DNA of 64,000 nt from Acidobacteriota bacterium (GCA_003154775.1 PMES01000031.1:4334-68333), one strand, 5' to 3'. Counted from the first letter of the stretch, positions 51,671 to 61,536 are shown. The notes: generated by a model from the sequence alone, not told the origin. A program made the numbers and translations.

Positions 51671-53407
51671 TTAGGCTGCCCGCGGCCGGAACTCCATTTT
51701 GAGCCTCTCCTTAAGAAAGTCTCTGAGGACAAACACTTCTATGTTCCTCTCGTCCGTGTCCGAACTGAGCATGTATTTCGTATGGTTCAAAGCCCCGACC
51801 GGTTTGGTGATCTTTAGGGTCCTGGCTTCCCCGCGGATATCTTTCAACTGGTCCCCGGTACCAAGGTTGCAATCCCAACAAATAACGGAGGCCAGTTTCG
51901 AGAAGGAGTGATTAAACTCCCTTTCAAGGGTCTTCTTAAACTCCACAAATCTGAGAGTCTCCCTGTCCAGGCCAACCGACGTCTTCGTCTCAACTAAGGC
52001 GTCGTATCCAAGGTGTGCGTCATAGTCGACTATCTTGAACCCAAAGAGTTCGGGGTTTAAGACATAGATCATAGCGAATATCGCGTAAACCTCGATCTCT
52101 TGTCGTGGTTCAAAGAACTCAATCTGTTTCCGGACAAGAAGAGAGTCATTTGTTTTCAAGCACACCTTCTTGGAACCCGCCTGGCGTTTGCGCTTTCTGT
52201 GTTCCTTCTCTTCCTCCTCAGGCCTGCGATATTAGACCTCAAGCGCGAGCTCTTCCTCGTATTTTTGGTAGACCGGATCGCCCAGTACGATATTCTGAAA
52301 CCAGGTTACAATTGTTTCTCTGATTGCAGACATCAGTCGCTCGTCCGTATTACCCACGTCTCCCCTATTTGCTGTCAGTTTGAACTGTTGACAGTTGGCA
52401 AATGCGTGGAACTTCGTTGATGCTGCTCTTTGGCCCCTGCCGATCCATTCCGTTAAGTTCTGCACGGGTATGTAATCTTTTGCCGCCCAAAGCCCGTAGC
52501 GCTGCTCAACTAGGTACATGCCCTCGCGGACCGGTGCTCCCTGACGACGGATCATCTTGTTGTAACTCTTGGCTCGGTCACCTTCTATGTAAAACACCAT
52601 GTCGAGCGAATAGTGGGGAAATCCCTTGATCGGGATCCCGGATTCGCACCATTTCTTGACGAAATACTTTGTGGGCGAACCTGCGTCCTCCCTTCGAAGG
52701 CTCTTGAGGTCATACTGTTCTTTTGCAGGGAAACGATGCCCGAATTCGAGGACTTCGGGAGTCTCGCGGCCCAAGCCTTGTAGAGTTAGCTTGGTTGTGG
52801 CATGAGTTAAGAGGCCCAGTTCCGCCTCGATGGAGCCGAACTTCGTGAACCAATAAATGAAATCCATCAATTCATCATGGCTAAAGCCTTGCGTCCGATT
52901 CTGGTTGTACCCTTTCACTACAATCGTCGTTCCCGTCTTCAGTGGATCAGCGCACGGCCTGTGTTCCCAGTCGTATTCCGGAATTTGTTTTTCTGCGAGT
53001 CGGGATCTCGGTTCTGGCATCACGGCGTAGGTCTCCTGTCCGTTTCGCCAGCTATAAACCTCAATCTCCCTGCTATTGAAGAAAGTCTTGGTACCGTGAC
53101 CTTTTTGGCCGATCCGGTCTGGACTTTCTCTGCTCGTCGATCGACCCAGGTCAAAGAAAGCGTGCAGATTCGGAACACCCGCGTCGAGTGACTCAGCCTC
53201 AATTCCCACCCCGTTGTCCTCGAACGTCAAGACCAGTTCGTCTTGTCCACGGTAAGGAACAATGCGTGCGCGCACCGAGATTTCGGTAGCGCCCGCGTCG
53301 AAGTCGTTGCTGATGGCCTCGCGAATCGCGTCTCTCGGATCCCGAAAGTCCATTACGATTTCAAAGAATTCGGCTGCGGCGTCAACCTCAGGCTTCCCTT
53401 TTTGCAT
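51671..53407 (-). pseudogene. GHKL (MORC/Hsp90-like) ATPase fused to a C-terminal PD-(D/E)xK nuclease, interrupted by one in-frame TAA
   Basis: GHKL motifs EAISNDFDA, DNGVG, GQKGHG and GTT; C-terminal YDALV...FVEFK. TAA at 52232-52234 is in frame with the downstream ORF; readthrough gives about 578 codons. Confidence 0.8.
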
Positions 53408-53449
53408 CGGACACCCTCCTCGCGTGTGGAGTACCCTGAATCAAAGATC

Positions 53450-54316
53450 TTAGCTTAATCCGTAGCTGTAAAATCCTCGTCCGCTCTTTCTTCCTAACCA
53501 CCCCGCCGCCACGTACTTCTTCAGCAGCGGACACGCCCGGTATTTCGGGTCGCCCAGGCCTTCCAGCAGCACGTTCAAGATATCCACGCACACATCCAGG
53601 CCGATAAAGTCGGCGAGTTCCAGCGGCCCCATCGGATGATTCATCCCCAGCTTCATCACCGCGTCCACCGCCTCCGGCGTGGCCACGCCTTCCATCACGG
53701 CGTAGGCCGCCTCATTGATCAGCGGCATCAGCACGCGGTTGGAGACGAATCCCGGCGCATCGTTCACGGCCACGGGAGTCTTGCCCAGTTTCTTGGCCAG
53801 TTCCATGGTGGTGGCAAAGGCCGCGTCGCTGGTCTGCAGCGCGCGGATCACTTCCACTAGCGCCATCACGGGCACGGGATTCATGAAGTGCATGCCCACA
53901 AAGAGCTCTGGCCGCTTGGTAATCGCGGCAAGCGTGGTTATCGATATCGAAGAAGTGTTGCTCGTCAAGATCACTTCGGGGCGCAGCACTTTGTCGGCTT
54001 CCGTCAACACCGCCCTCTTGATCTCGATTTTCTCCGGCACGGCCTCGACGACAAAGTCCGCCGCCGCAATGGCCGCGAAATCGGTCACCGGCTTCAGTCG
54101 CGCGAGCACAGCGGGCTTATCCGCTTCGGCGAGCTTGCCCTTCTTCACTTCGCGGTCGAGGTTTTTGCTGATGGTCTCCATCCCGCGCTGCAAAAAGCGC
54201 TCTTCCACATCGCGCAAAATCACGCTATAGCCCGCCCGGGCAAACACGTGCGCGATGCCGTTCCCCATGGTCCCAGCACCCAGCACCGCCACCGTCTTGA
54301 TGGAATCAATGGACAC
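53450..54316 (-). CDS. hbd: 3-hydroxybutyryl-CoA dehydrogenase
   Basis: GAGTMGNG, EAVPE, SNTSSISIT, GMHFMNP, PGFVSNR and HPMGPL.LAD.IGLD. Confidence 0.95.
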   Translation of the reverse strand: MSIDSIKTVAVLGAGTMGNGIAHVFARAGYSVILRDVEERFLQRGMETISKNLDREVKKGKLAEADKPAVLARLKPVTDFAAIAAADFVVEAVPEKIEIKRAVLTEADKVLRPEVILTSNTSSISITTLAAITKRPELFVGMHFMNPVPVMALVEVIRALQTSDAAFATTMELAKKLGKTPVAVNDAPGFVSNRVLMPLINEAAYAVMEGVATPEAVDAVMKLGMNHPMGPLELADFIGLDVCVDILNVLLEGLGDPKYRACPLLKKYVAAGWLGRKSGRGFYSYGLS

Positions 54317-54399
54317 GAATCACCCCTCCGCGTTTTTTGAAGCCTGCCCCTTCGAGAAACCCAAGCATGCCTGCCAGCTAAAGTAAGGTCAAGCGAGCG

Positions 54400-55095
54400 T
54401 CACTCCGGCGGCTTCCCCTCCACAACTTCGCGGACCAGTTCGCGGGCGCGGCTTTCGTCTTCCGGAAGAACGTACACCGCTGCTTTGCTGCCTTCGCGGT
54501 CTACGCGGCAGTGGATGCCGTTCTCATGCAAGGCCGCCACAAGAAAATCGCTTGGCTCGCCCGTCTCCGTCTCCCACGCCTTGGCGGTGGCATCTTCTTC
54601 AAACCACCCGGTCTCATCGCCGGCCGCGGGAGGACCGGGAATGTCGTCGCTCTCGGCCGGAGTCAGTATTTCCGGCAGCGTATCAAATTGGCGTGGCGCA
54701 TCTACCAGAAGCTTCTGCAGCTCCCGGCTTCCCACCTCTTCGATGTCGTCCGTGCCATACGCTTCCTTTACGGCCGTTTCGGCCTTTTCAAACAGCGAAA
54801 ATGGCACGCCAATTTCATAAGCAGGAAAATTAGTCAGATTGAAGAGACGATCGCGCCGGAAAACTGTATTGTGGGGAACGCCCGCTTCGTCCAGAACCTC
54901 GCACAACTCCGCGTGCACGCGGGCATCCTCACCCTTCCAGAAAGAGCAGAACGGATCCTCATTGGGATCACCGGGTTCTGCCGGTGCGCCCAGGGGCCCC
55001 GGCGCGTGCTGCGGTTCCCACACCAAGTCCACGTCGCAATCGGCGCAACGCGTGAACCCTGGCCGGTACTCCGCTTTGCATTGAGGACAAATCAT
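54400..55095 (-). CDS. Zinc-ribbon plus DUF2007-like domain protein
   Basis: MICPQCKAEYRPGFTRCADCDVDLV, and two DUF2007-like segments (L.EAGV.H; ALHENGIHC..VYVLPED..RARELV). Start at 55095. Confidence 0.8.
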   Translation of the reverse strand: MICPQCKAEYRPGFTRCADCDVDLVWEPQHAPGPLGAPAEPGDPNEDPFCSFWKGEDARVHAELCEVLDEAGVPHNTVFRRDRLFNLTNFPAYEIGVPFSLFEKAETAVKEAYGTDDIEEVGSRELQKLLVDAPRQFDTLPEILTPAESDDIPGPPAAGDETGWFEEDATAKAWETETGEPSDFLVAALHENGIHCRVDREGSKAAVYVLPEDESRARELVREVVEGKPPE

Positions 55096-55409
55096 TTCGG
55101 TCACCTGCTCGATTCTTGCGAACAAGGGCTGGTATTTCGGAGTGACTCCCAGATTGTAGAACACGAAGGAATAGATGTGCGCGGCAAGTTTGATCGCCCT
55201 GGTCGCGCTGCTGGCGAGGTGTCCAGATCTGATGTCCACGCCAAACAGCACGGGCTTGTCACGCGCGCCGACCGCCAGGCCATCGAGGCCTACCTGGCGA
55301 AGATGCGCTTCGTCACCGGCCAGCCCCCCAACAACTTCCGCTGAGCCAACGACTTACGTCCCTCTTACGTCTGCGTCTTTTTCACCCCCTGCTGCGTATT
55401 CAAGGTAGT

Positions 55410-56033
55410 ATGAGCGCACAAGCTTTCACGCTGACGTTTTCGAGGTTCCCGGTACTCTTCGCGGGTCTCATGACTGACGATAAGCAAACCATCGCGCTCG
55501 GCCTGCGCCGCCGCGACCCGGATGTGCTCGACCAGCTCATCGAGCAGTACCAGCACCGGCTGTTCCGCTATCTCCTTTTTCTCACCGGCAATCCCGCGCT
55601 GGCCGAAGACTTCTTCCAGGAAACCTGGGTTCGCATCCTGGAACGCGGCGACCAGTACAACGCCAAATCCAAGTTCGAGTCCTGGCTGTTCGCGATTGCG
55701 CGGAATTTGGTGATTGACGCCTCGCGTCGCAAGAAATTCGCAAGTCTCGAGGACTTCGCCGATCCGGAAACGCAGCAGCCGTTCGAGCCGCCGGACCTGC
55801 ACGCCACCTCGGCGTTGCAGCTTCTGCTGGCGCGCGAAAACCAGCAAGCCGTGCAATTCTCGCTGCTCAAGATTCCCGCCTACTACCGCGAAGTGCTGGT
55901 GCTGCGCTTTCACGAAGAGCTTGGACTGGAAGAAATCGCCGGCGTGCTCTCCGCTCCTATTTCGACGGTTAAGTCCCGGCTGTACCGCGGTCTGGCAGCG
56001 CTCAAATCCGCTCTGACGGAAGGTGCCGCATGA
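55410..56033 (+). CDS. ECF sigma-70 factor
   Basis: AEDFFQETW (region 2), WLFAIARN and EEIAGVL..PISTVKSRLYRG (region 4). Start 55410 or 55470. Confidence 0.92.
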   Translation: MSAQAFTLTFSRFPVLFAGLMTDDKQTIALGLRRRDPDVLDQLIEQYQHRLFRYLLFLTGNPALAEDFFQETWVRILERGDQYNAKSKFESWLFAIARNLVIDASRRKKFASLEDFADPETQQPFEPPDLHATSALQLLLARENQQAVQFSLLKIPAYYREVLVLRFHEELGLEEIAGVLSAPISTVKSRLYRGLAALKSALTEGAA

Positions 56034-56533
56034 ACGAAAACTTTCACCAGCGTGCCCAAAGACTCCTGGCGGAATCTCTTGTGGAAGGGATCGCAGCGCC
56101 CGACCAGGCGTGGCTGGGGCAGCATCTGCGCGAGTGCCCCGATTGTGCGCGTGAGGCTGCGGCCACTCAGGAGCTTCTGCAGGCTCTACGCGGTGTGCCG
56201 GTTGCGGTGCCGCGGGACCTGGTGGCGCGCACGCAGTTGCGGGTTCGCCTGCGCGCTCAGGAAGCCAGCGAATCTTCGCGCAGCGGGCTGCTTCTCTGGG
56301 TGATCACCGCTGCCAGTTGGCTGCTCGGCGTGCTCAGCGCGCCGCTGGTCTGGCGCGGTTTCGCCTGGTTCGGCGGGCAATTCGGCGTGCCGAGGCTGGC
56401 CCTGGAAATGGGATTCGTGCTCTGGTGGACGGTGCCAGCGTTGCTCGCCGCTGCTGCAGTGCTATACCAGCGCGGTGTCGCGCAGGGTTTCGCAGGTCAG
56501 CGCTTGCCGCGCGAATCGAAGACGCCGCATTGA
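56030..56533 (+). CDS. Zinc-binding anti-sigma factor (ZAS), membrane-anchored
   Basis: HLRECPDC (HxxxCxxC) and two TM helices; ATGA overlap with the sigma gene. Confidence 0.85.
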   Translation: MNENFHQRAQRLLAESLVEGIAAPDQAWLGQHLRECPDCAREAAATQELLQALRGVPVAVPRDLVARTQLRVRLRAQEASESSRSGLLLWVITAASWLLGVLSAPLVWRGFAWFGGQFGVPRLALEMGFVLWWTVPALLAAAAVLYQRGVAQGFAGQRLPRESKTPH

Positions 56534-56588
56534 GTTTGTCATTGGCACCTGAAGGATTGCTTTTGGTGGTCTAGAAAACGAGGAAACT

Positions 56589-57212
56589 ATGTCTGACATG
56601 TGGAACGACCGTCTGCGGCTTATCCGCTTCCGCCGGAAGCACGAGCGCACCAAATTCCGCGAGGAGCTGCGCATCATCCCCCGCTGGCTGGTGCGGACAT
56701 GCATAATCGTTTGGCTCATCGCGATCGCCATCGCCTGTTCCGTCAACTACTACAACGTGCAGCACAATGGCGACTATTTCCCGGCCCCCGGCTTGGCTAA
56801 TCATCCTCTGCTCGCCAGCCTGGCTCTGGCTGGAATGATTACCGCGGGTACTTTTGTACTTTCCTGCCTGCTGTTCATGTTCGGCTACGTTTATAAAGAT
56901 GCCCAGCGCCGCGGCATGAATCCCGCGCTTTGGACGCTTCTCGTGTTCATTCTTTCGCCCGCATACGGCTTCATCGGCCTCATCATTTATTTGCTGGTTC
57001 GCGAACCTTTGCCCTATACCTGCCCGCAGTGCAACGCGACGGTTTCCGCGCGCTTTAATTTCTGCCCCACCTGCAAATACAACCTGCACCTTGCGTGCGC
57101 GCACTGCCAGCGCGAGGTTGCCGACACGGACAAGTTCTGCCCCTACTGCGCCGCGGCACTCACGCCGACAAAATCGCAGAACGCACCCACGGCCGGCGAT
57201 TCGCTGGGTTGA
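56589..57212 (+). CDS. Membrane protein with C-terminal double zinc ribbon
   Basis: TM helices; YVYKDAQRRGM; CPQC...FCPTC...CAHC...FCPYC. Confidence 0.85.
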   Translation: MSDMWNDRLRLIRFRRKHERTKFREELRIIPRWLVRTCIIVWLIAIAIACSVNYYNVQHNGDYFPAPGLANHPLLASLALAGMITAGTFVLSCLLFMFGYVYKDAQRRGMNPALWTLLVFILSPAYGFIGLIIYLLVREPLPYTCPQCNATVSARFNFCPTCKYNLHLACAHCQREVADTDKFCPYCAAALTPTKSQNAPTAGDSLG

Positions 57213-57221
57213 AGTTACGGT

Positions 57222-57342
57222 CTGCGAACCCGCGAAGGCGTAGCACCTCAGAGTCTGTGCGGGTTCGCAGCTTCTTCGTCAGGGCACGACTTCAGTCGTG
57301 CCGTTAAGAGCGCCAAATCAACCTGGCTTCAGCCGCTGAGGG
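57222..57342. repeat. REP/REPIN-like cluster
   Basis: Perfect 12-bp IR CTGCGAACCCGC / GCGGGTTCGCAG, then GGCACGAC-TTCA-GTCGTGCC and GGCTTCAGCCGCTGAGG; lies between convergent genes. Confidence 0.65.
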
Positions 57343-57370
57343 CTGGTTTCTCCAGGTCACGCGCAGGCTC

Positions 57371-59008
57371 TCAACTCTTCTCTTCGTGGTACTCCATCTC
57401 CGTGTTCACGGCCCAAATGTTGCTCTTCTCCGTGCGGCCCGCGATGATATTGTCCACCGCGACCATGGCCGTGAGCATGGAGTGGTCCTGATTGTTGTAC
57501 TTGTGCATGCCATTGCGGCCAACCAGGAACAAGTTCTCAAAGCCATCCACGAACTCCTGAACTTCCCCAAAACGTTCATACGCGCCGAAATACGCGGGAT
57601 AAGCCTTCGGCACCCGCTCGACGTGCCAGTCCAGCACCTCGCGCGCGTCGATGATTCCAATTTTCTCCAACTCCGTCATGGCCAGGCGCGCCATTTCTTC
57701 CTCTGGGAGCTTCCAGAGCTTGTCGGACTCGCAGCAGAAATATTCCACTCCGATCCAGACCTTCGACGGGTCCTTCACCAGATAGGGGCTCCAGTTGTTG
57801 AAGATCAGCAAGCGCCCCGCAAGAACATCCGGGTCCTGGAGGTAGATCCACGTATCGGCAACGAGCCCGCCGGTGGCGTTTGCGTCATCCTTCTTAATGC
57901 GCAAGGAATTCAGAAGCAAGCCCACGGCAATGAAGTCGCGATACTGGAGACCCGCGGCCACTTCCCGCACGTTATCGGGAACGGGGCCATCCAGAAGACC
58001 CACCAATTCCTTCACCGGCATCGTCGAGAAGACAAAATCGCACGCGATGCGGCGCTGTTGCCCCGCGCCGTCAACAACATGCACGGCTTGCACACTCGGC
58101 CCGACCGTTTCCAGGCGGAGGGGTTGCGTCTGGCGCAGAATCTCGCCGCCCAGCGCTTCCACTTTGCGCGCCACTTCCCGCCACATTTGCCCGGGACCAT
58201 ATTTCGGATACAGGAACTGCTCAATCAGGGAAGTTTCGGTTTGCTTCTGGAAGATGTCCCGCGTCGCGCGGCCAAGACTCTGCTTCAAGAAATGCGTTAG
58301 GCTCTTGCGGACGGACAGACTTTTTACCCGCTGCGCGCCCCAAGCGGCGCTGATCTGCTGGCACGGCACTCCCCAAACTTTTTCCGTATAGGATTTGAAA
58401 AAAGTCAGATACAGCTCTTTCCCAAACCGGCGAATGAAAAAGTCCTCGAGGTTTTTGACCGGGCGCGGCGGGAAGAGAGCGGCACGCAGGTAGCTGAGCA
58501 GGATGCGAACAGCTCGCTTCATTCCAAGCTTGGAGAGCGTGTCCCGGCTCATTTGAATGGGGTAGGCAAAGAACTTGCGCAGAAAATAGATGCGGCTTTG
58601 CCGGCGCCGCAGCAACATGACCGCTTCCGGATTTGGGGCGAGCCCCGCCACACTTTCGGCTGCCGCTGCGGCATTCTGCCGTGCCTGGGCGTCCGAATGG
58701 CCGGGCGTTTCGATTCGCCGCGTCTTGTGCTGGTAACTGATCTCGGCTCCGCCCGCGGCTGACGCTTCCAGCGGCAGGTGCATCAACCACCAATTCATCA
58801 CGCGATCCGATTTAGAGAAGAAGCGATGACCACCGATATCCATGAGGTTTCCGTGGTGTTGGATCGTGCGCGAGAGACCGCCGACGTCGGGGTTCTTCTC
58901 CAGCACGATAGGCCGGACATCGCTCCGCGTCAGCAGTTCGTACGCCGCCGTCAGCCCCGCCGGCCCCGCCCCAATGATCACCGCCGTTCTAGTCCGCTCT
59001 CCGCTCAT
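57371..59008 (-). CDS. NAD(P)/FAD-dependent oxidoreductase (protoporphyrinogen oxidase / UDP-galactopyranose mutase-like superfamily)
   Basis: IGAGPAGL (GxGxxG), [25 protein letters not shown]. Start at 59008. Confidence 0.85.
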   Translation of the reverse strand: MSGERTRTAVIIGAGPAGLTAAYELLTRSDVRPIVLEKNPDVGGLSRTIQHHGNLMDIGGHRFFSKSDRVMNWWLMHLPLEASAAGGAEISYQHKTRRIETPGHSDAQARQNAAAAAESVAGLAPNPEAVMLLRRRQSRIYFLRKFFAYPIQMSRDTLSKLGMKRAVRILLSYLRAALFPPRPVKNLEDFFIRRFGKELYLTFFKSYTEKVWGVPCQQISAAWGAQRVKSLSVRKSLTHFLKQSLGRATRDIFQKQTETSLIEQFLYPKYGPGQMWREVARKVEALGGEILRQTQPLRLETVGPSVQAVHVVDGAGQQRRIACDFVFSTMPVKELVGLLDGPVPDNVREVAAGLQYRDFIAVGLLLNSLRIKKDDANATGGLVADTWIYLQDPDVLAGRLLIFNNWSPYLVKDPSKVWIGVEYFCCESDKLWKLPEEEMARLAMTELEKIGIIDAREVLDWHVERVPKAYPAYFGAYERFGEVQEFVDGFENLFLVGRNGMHKYNNQDHSMLTAMVAVDNIIAGRTEKSNIWAVNTEMEYHEEKS

Positions 59009-59380
59009 CCCCACCCAATCCAGCCAATTTGCGCCAACCGCATACTGTCGCTCCCAAATTGTACAAGGTAATTCGACGAAGGACCCGCATTGGTCGTCGT
59101 GACTCAAAGAACCAGGACTTGCAAGCGCACCGTTTTCTGGTGGCTTACGACCACACGCCGGAGAGCCTCGCCTGCATTCCCACGAAGTACCTCCGAAGGG
59201 GAATCCTGATTACGACGAGTCACACGTTGGCGAGGAAAACTCGACCGGCCGGGCGATCCTTCCGCCCCGTTTTTGAACGAGACCGAAGGAGGCCAACTGC
59301 TCAATCAGCGCTGATTCGAGGTGGAAGAAGTTCCTCCGGATTGCACGCGCCATCGGGGCGAAACAATAGAAAGAAGCGCC

Positions 59381-59887
59381 TCAAGGGTTTTCGTCCGCGC
59401 TCGGGCCATACAGAGCCGGCACCGGAACGTCGAGCGCCCGAAAATACATGGTCAATTGCGCGCGGTGATGAATGGTATGGTTGAAGCAGAAGCTCCGCAG
59501 CACGGCGTAGCGAGGCATTGTGAAAAGCGCCCGGCCGCCCATCAACAGTGTCCAGGGCTTGCGCAAATCCTCATCGCTGGCGCCCGCCAGTGCGGCACGC
59601 GCTTCGCGGGTGAGCCGGTCAAAAACTTCCAGCAATTCCTTGCGGTTGGAGGTCTTGGGCTGCTCGTAGCGAGGGCCATTGACCGGAGCGAAGTCCAACT
59701 GGTCGGTTTTGATCGCCTGAATGGTCCAGTCGTTCATCGTCGCGATGTGTCCGGCCATCGAGCCGAGCGTGCCGGACTTTTCGTGCGGCTTCCAGCCCCA
59801 CTTGTCGTCGGGCACGCGCTCCAACGTTTTGCGGGTGTTGGCCATTTCCTGATCGAATTCGGGAAGAAGTAATTGACTGATGGACAT
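59381..59887 (-). CDS. DinB family protein
   Basis: EFDQEMANTRKTLERVP, GHIA and NHTIHHRAQL (His triad). Confidence 0.9.
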   Translation of the reverse strand: MSISQLLLPEFDQEMANTRKTLERVPDDKWGWKPHEKSGTLGSMAGHIATMNDWTIQAIKTDQLDFAPVNGPRYEQPKTSNRKELLEVFDRLTREARAALAGASDEDLRKPWTLLMGGRALFTMPRYAVLRSFCFNHTIHHRAQLTMYFRALDVPVPALYGPSADENP

Positions 59888-60051
59888 GAAGTCCTCCAAA
59901 GAGAAATCGTAGAGGTGAAGACAGGCCTTGATTCTACTACGTTTCCGGTGAGGCTTGCTTTACGAGGGGCGTGGCGATGAGTGCGATGATTCCAATTGCG
60001 GCTCGTCTATCCTAAATAGCTGCGAAAATGTCACTCTCAGCTTGAGATGCC

Positions 60052-60276
60052 ATGGCGAAACCTCATTACAGTGAACTTGTTTTCGATGTCACCGAAGAAG
60101 CGGACGGTGGCTATGTGGCCGAGTGTCTGAGCGAGAACATAGTGACCCAGGCCGACACTTGGGAGGCGCTCCGCGCCAGTGTGAAAGAGCCAACGAAAGC
60201 GTTTTTCTACGATGGACCCAAGCCGAAGTACATCCGACTGCATCTGGTTCGCGATGAACTCCTGACAAGGGGATAA
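60052..60276 (+). CDS. hicB: HicB-like antitoxin (short form, no DNA-binding domain)
   Basis: ELVFDVTEEADGGYVAECL.ENIVTQADTWEALR.SVKE; no intact hicA adjacent. Confidence 0.75.
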   Translation: MAKPHYSELVFDVTEEADGGYVAECLSENIVTQADTWEALRASVKEPTKAFFYDGPKPKYIRLHLVRDELLTRG

Positions 60277-60291
60277 ATACCCCCAGATTTC

Positions 60292-61536
60292 GGTAGTGGG
60301 TCAACTTCCATTTGGGCCACGCTTTAATCGAGCACATGGGCCCCAGTACGAAAATGTCCGGTTTGCCGGAAAAGGTCCCGGCATCATTTGCGCGTCTCGG
60401 TCTAACAATTACGAAGGTCGAAGATTAGTTGCGGTTCCTTAATCGCTTGCCGGAGCACGGCCTTTACGGTTTGGCGGAGGAGAGTGAGTGCAGACCTTGG
60501 ACTAAGTAGGTTGAGTTTTCCCTTGAAGTCTGGTTCACTTCCGTGGGCCAGAGCACTGCGATAGGAGTACATTTGAGACCAAATGGACTCGGGTGTTGCT
60601 TCCTTGAATGCTGCGTAGTCTAGACGGGGCTGCCAACGATTATTTAACAGGATAAGCTTCCGTTTCACCTGCCTAGTTATGGAATCGATCGTGTCGTTTG
60701 GATTTGGCGCATGGGTAAGCAATGATTCCAGGATCGCGAAGTACCCTAAGAAAAGCAGGAGGGATTCATAGGGCAGCGCATCGAGCCCCAGCATCTCTTT
60801 TGACAATCTCTCGACATTCACTAAATGGCGGTCGCAGGTTTGCAAGGTCTGATGCATAGTCAGAATTTCTGAGGCAATTGTCGGTGTTATTTCGACGAAC
60901 GGCAAATCTTCTTGGAGTATTCGATTTACTTGCGAAAAAAGCCGCCCCGCATCAAATATCAACGTGGGTGTCTTTGCCTTTTGTCCCGCAAATGCACTTC
61001 GGAGCAGCGTGAATCCTAACTTAAATTCGACAGGTGCTATTGAGAGGAGCTGCTCTAGTGCTGCAATAGGTGAATTTGAGCCCTCAAAACCGACTACGAA
61101 GTACCTCCATTGGTCTTCAGGCAGGACAGCGTGCGACCACTTGTTATCAGCTTCTTGTACCTTCGAGTTTTGCCATGGCGTATAAGTACCATTTCCGGCT
61201 TGCTTTTCAAGCACATCTTTGATTGCTGCGATCTCGGCTCCAGTCGCTTTTCTCAGTTGAAGACCGGGCACCAGCTCAAGCCCGGTGCCGGGGGGTTCAT
61301 GTTGTACGTTCGAGACGTTAAGCACAAACGCGAAATTCGTTTCGACCTCTAAAATGGAACGCGATCCTGTTTGGTAAATGATTGCGGTCGAGTAGTCGTC
61401 TAGCGAGAAATTGGGCTTCATCTTTGCCATTGGCGCATCCTGAAATGATCAAAGGCTATTCTGTAACACAAATGGCCAAATAGGCTTCATTTATAAAATG
61501 ACTCAAGTTCCGATTACCGGCAACTGACCCGTTACC
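60292..61536. mobile_element. Putative non-autonomous cassette bounded by imperfect inverted repeats, carrying the HEPN gene
   Basis: GGTAGTGGGTCA (60292-60303) vs TGACCCGTTACC (61525-61536), 10/12 complementary. Interior is lower in GC; no transposase and no target-site duplication seen. Confidence 0.4.
60402..61430 (-). CDS. HEPN-domain protein (ApeA-like putative RNase)
   Basis: C-terminal FAILESLL...YSYRSALAHG with R-x4-H (60543-60560); sampled lines about 47% GC. Confidence 0.8.
   Translation of the reverse strand: MAKMKPNFSLDDYSTAIIYQTGSRSILEVETNFAFVLNVSNVQHEPPGTGLELVPGLQLRKATGAEIAAIKDVLEKQAGNGTYTPWQNSKVQEADNKWSHAVLPEDQWRYFVVGFEGSNSPIAALEQLLSIAPVEFKLGFTLLRSAFAGQKAKTPTLIFDAGRLFSQVNRILQEDLPFVEITPTIASEILTMHQTLQTCDRHLVNVERLSKEMLGLDALPYESLLLFLGYFAILESLLTHAPNPNDTIDSITRQVKRKLILLNNRWQPRLDYAAFKEATPESIWSQMYSYRSALAHGSEPDFKGKLNLLSPRSALTLLRQTVKAVLRQAIKEPQLIFDLRNC

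Noticed and set aside
51671-52165. Independent 164-aa gene starting at GTG 52165
   Set aside because: In frame with the upstream ATPase across a single stop and with a weak RBS; treated as the C-terminal domain of one interrupted gene.
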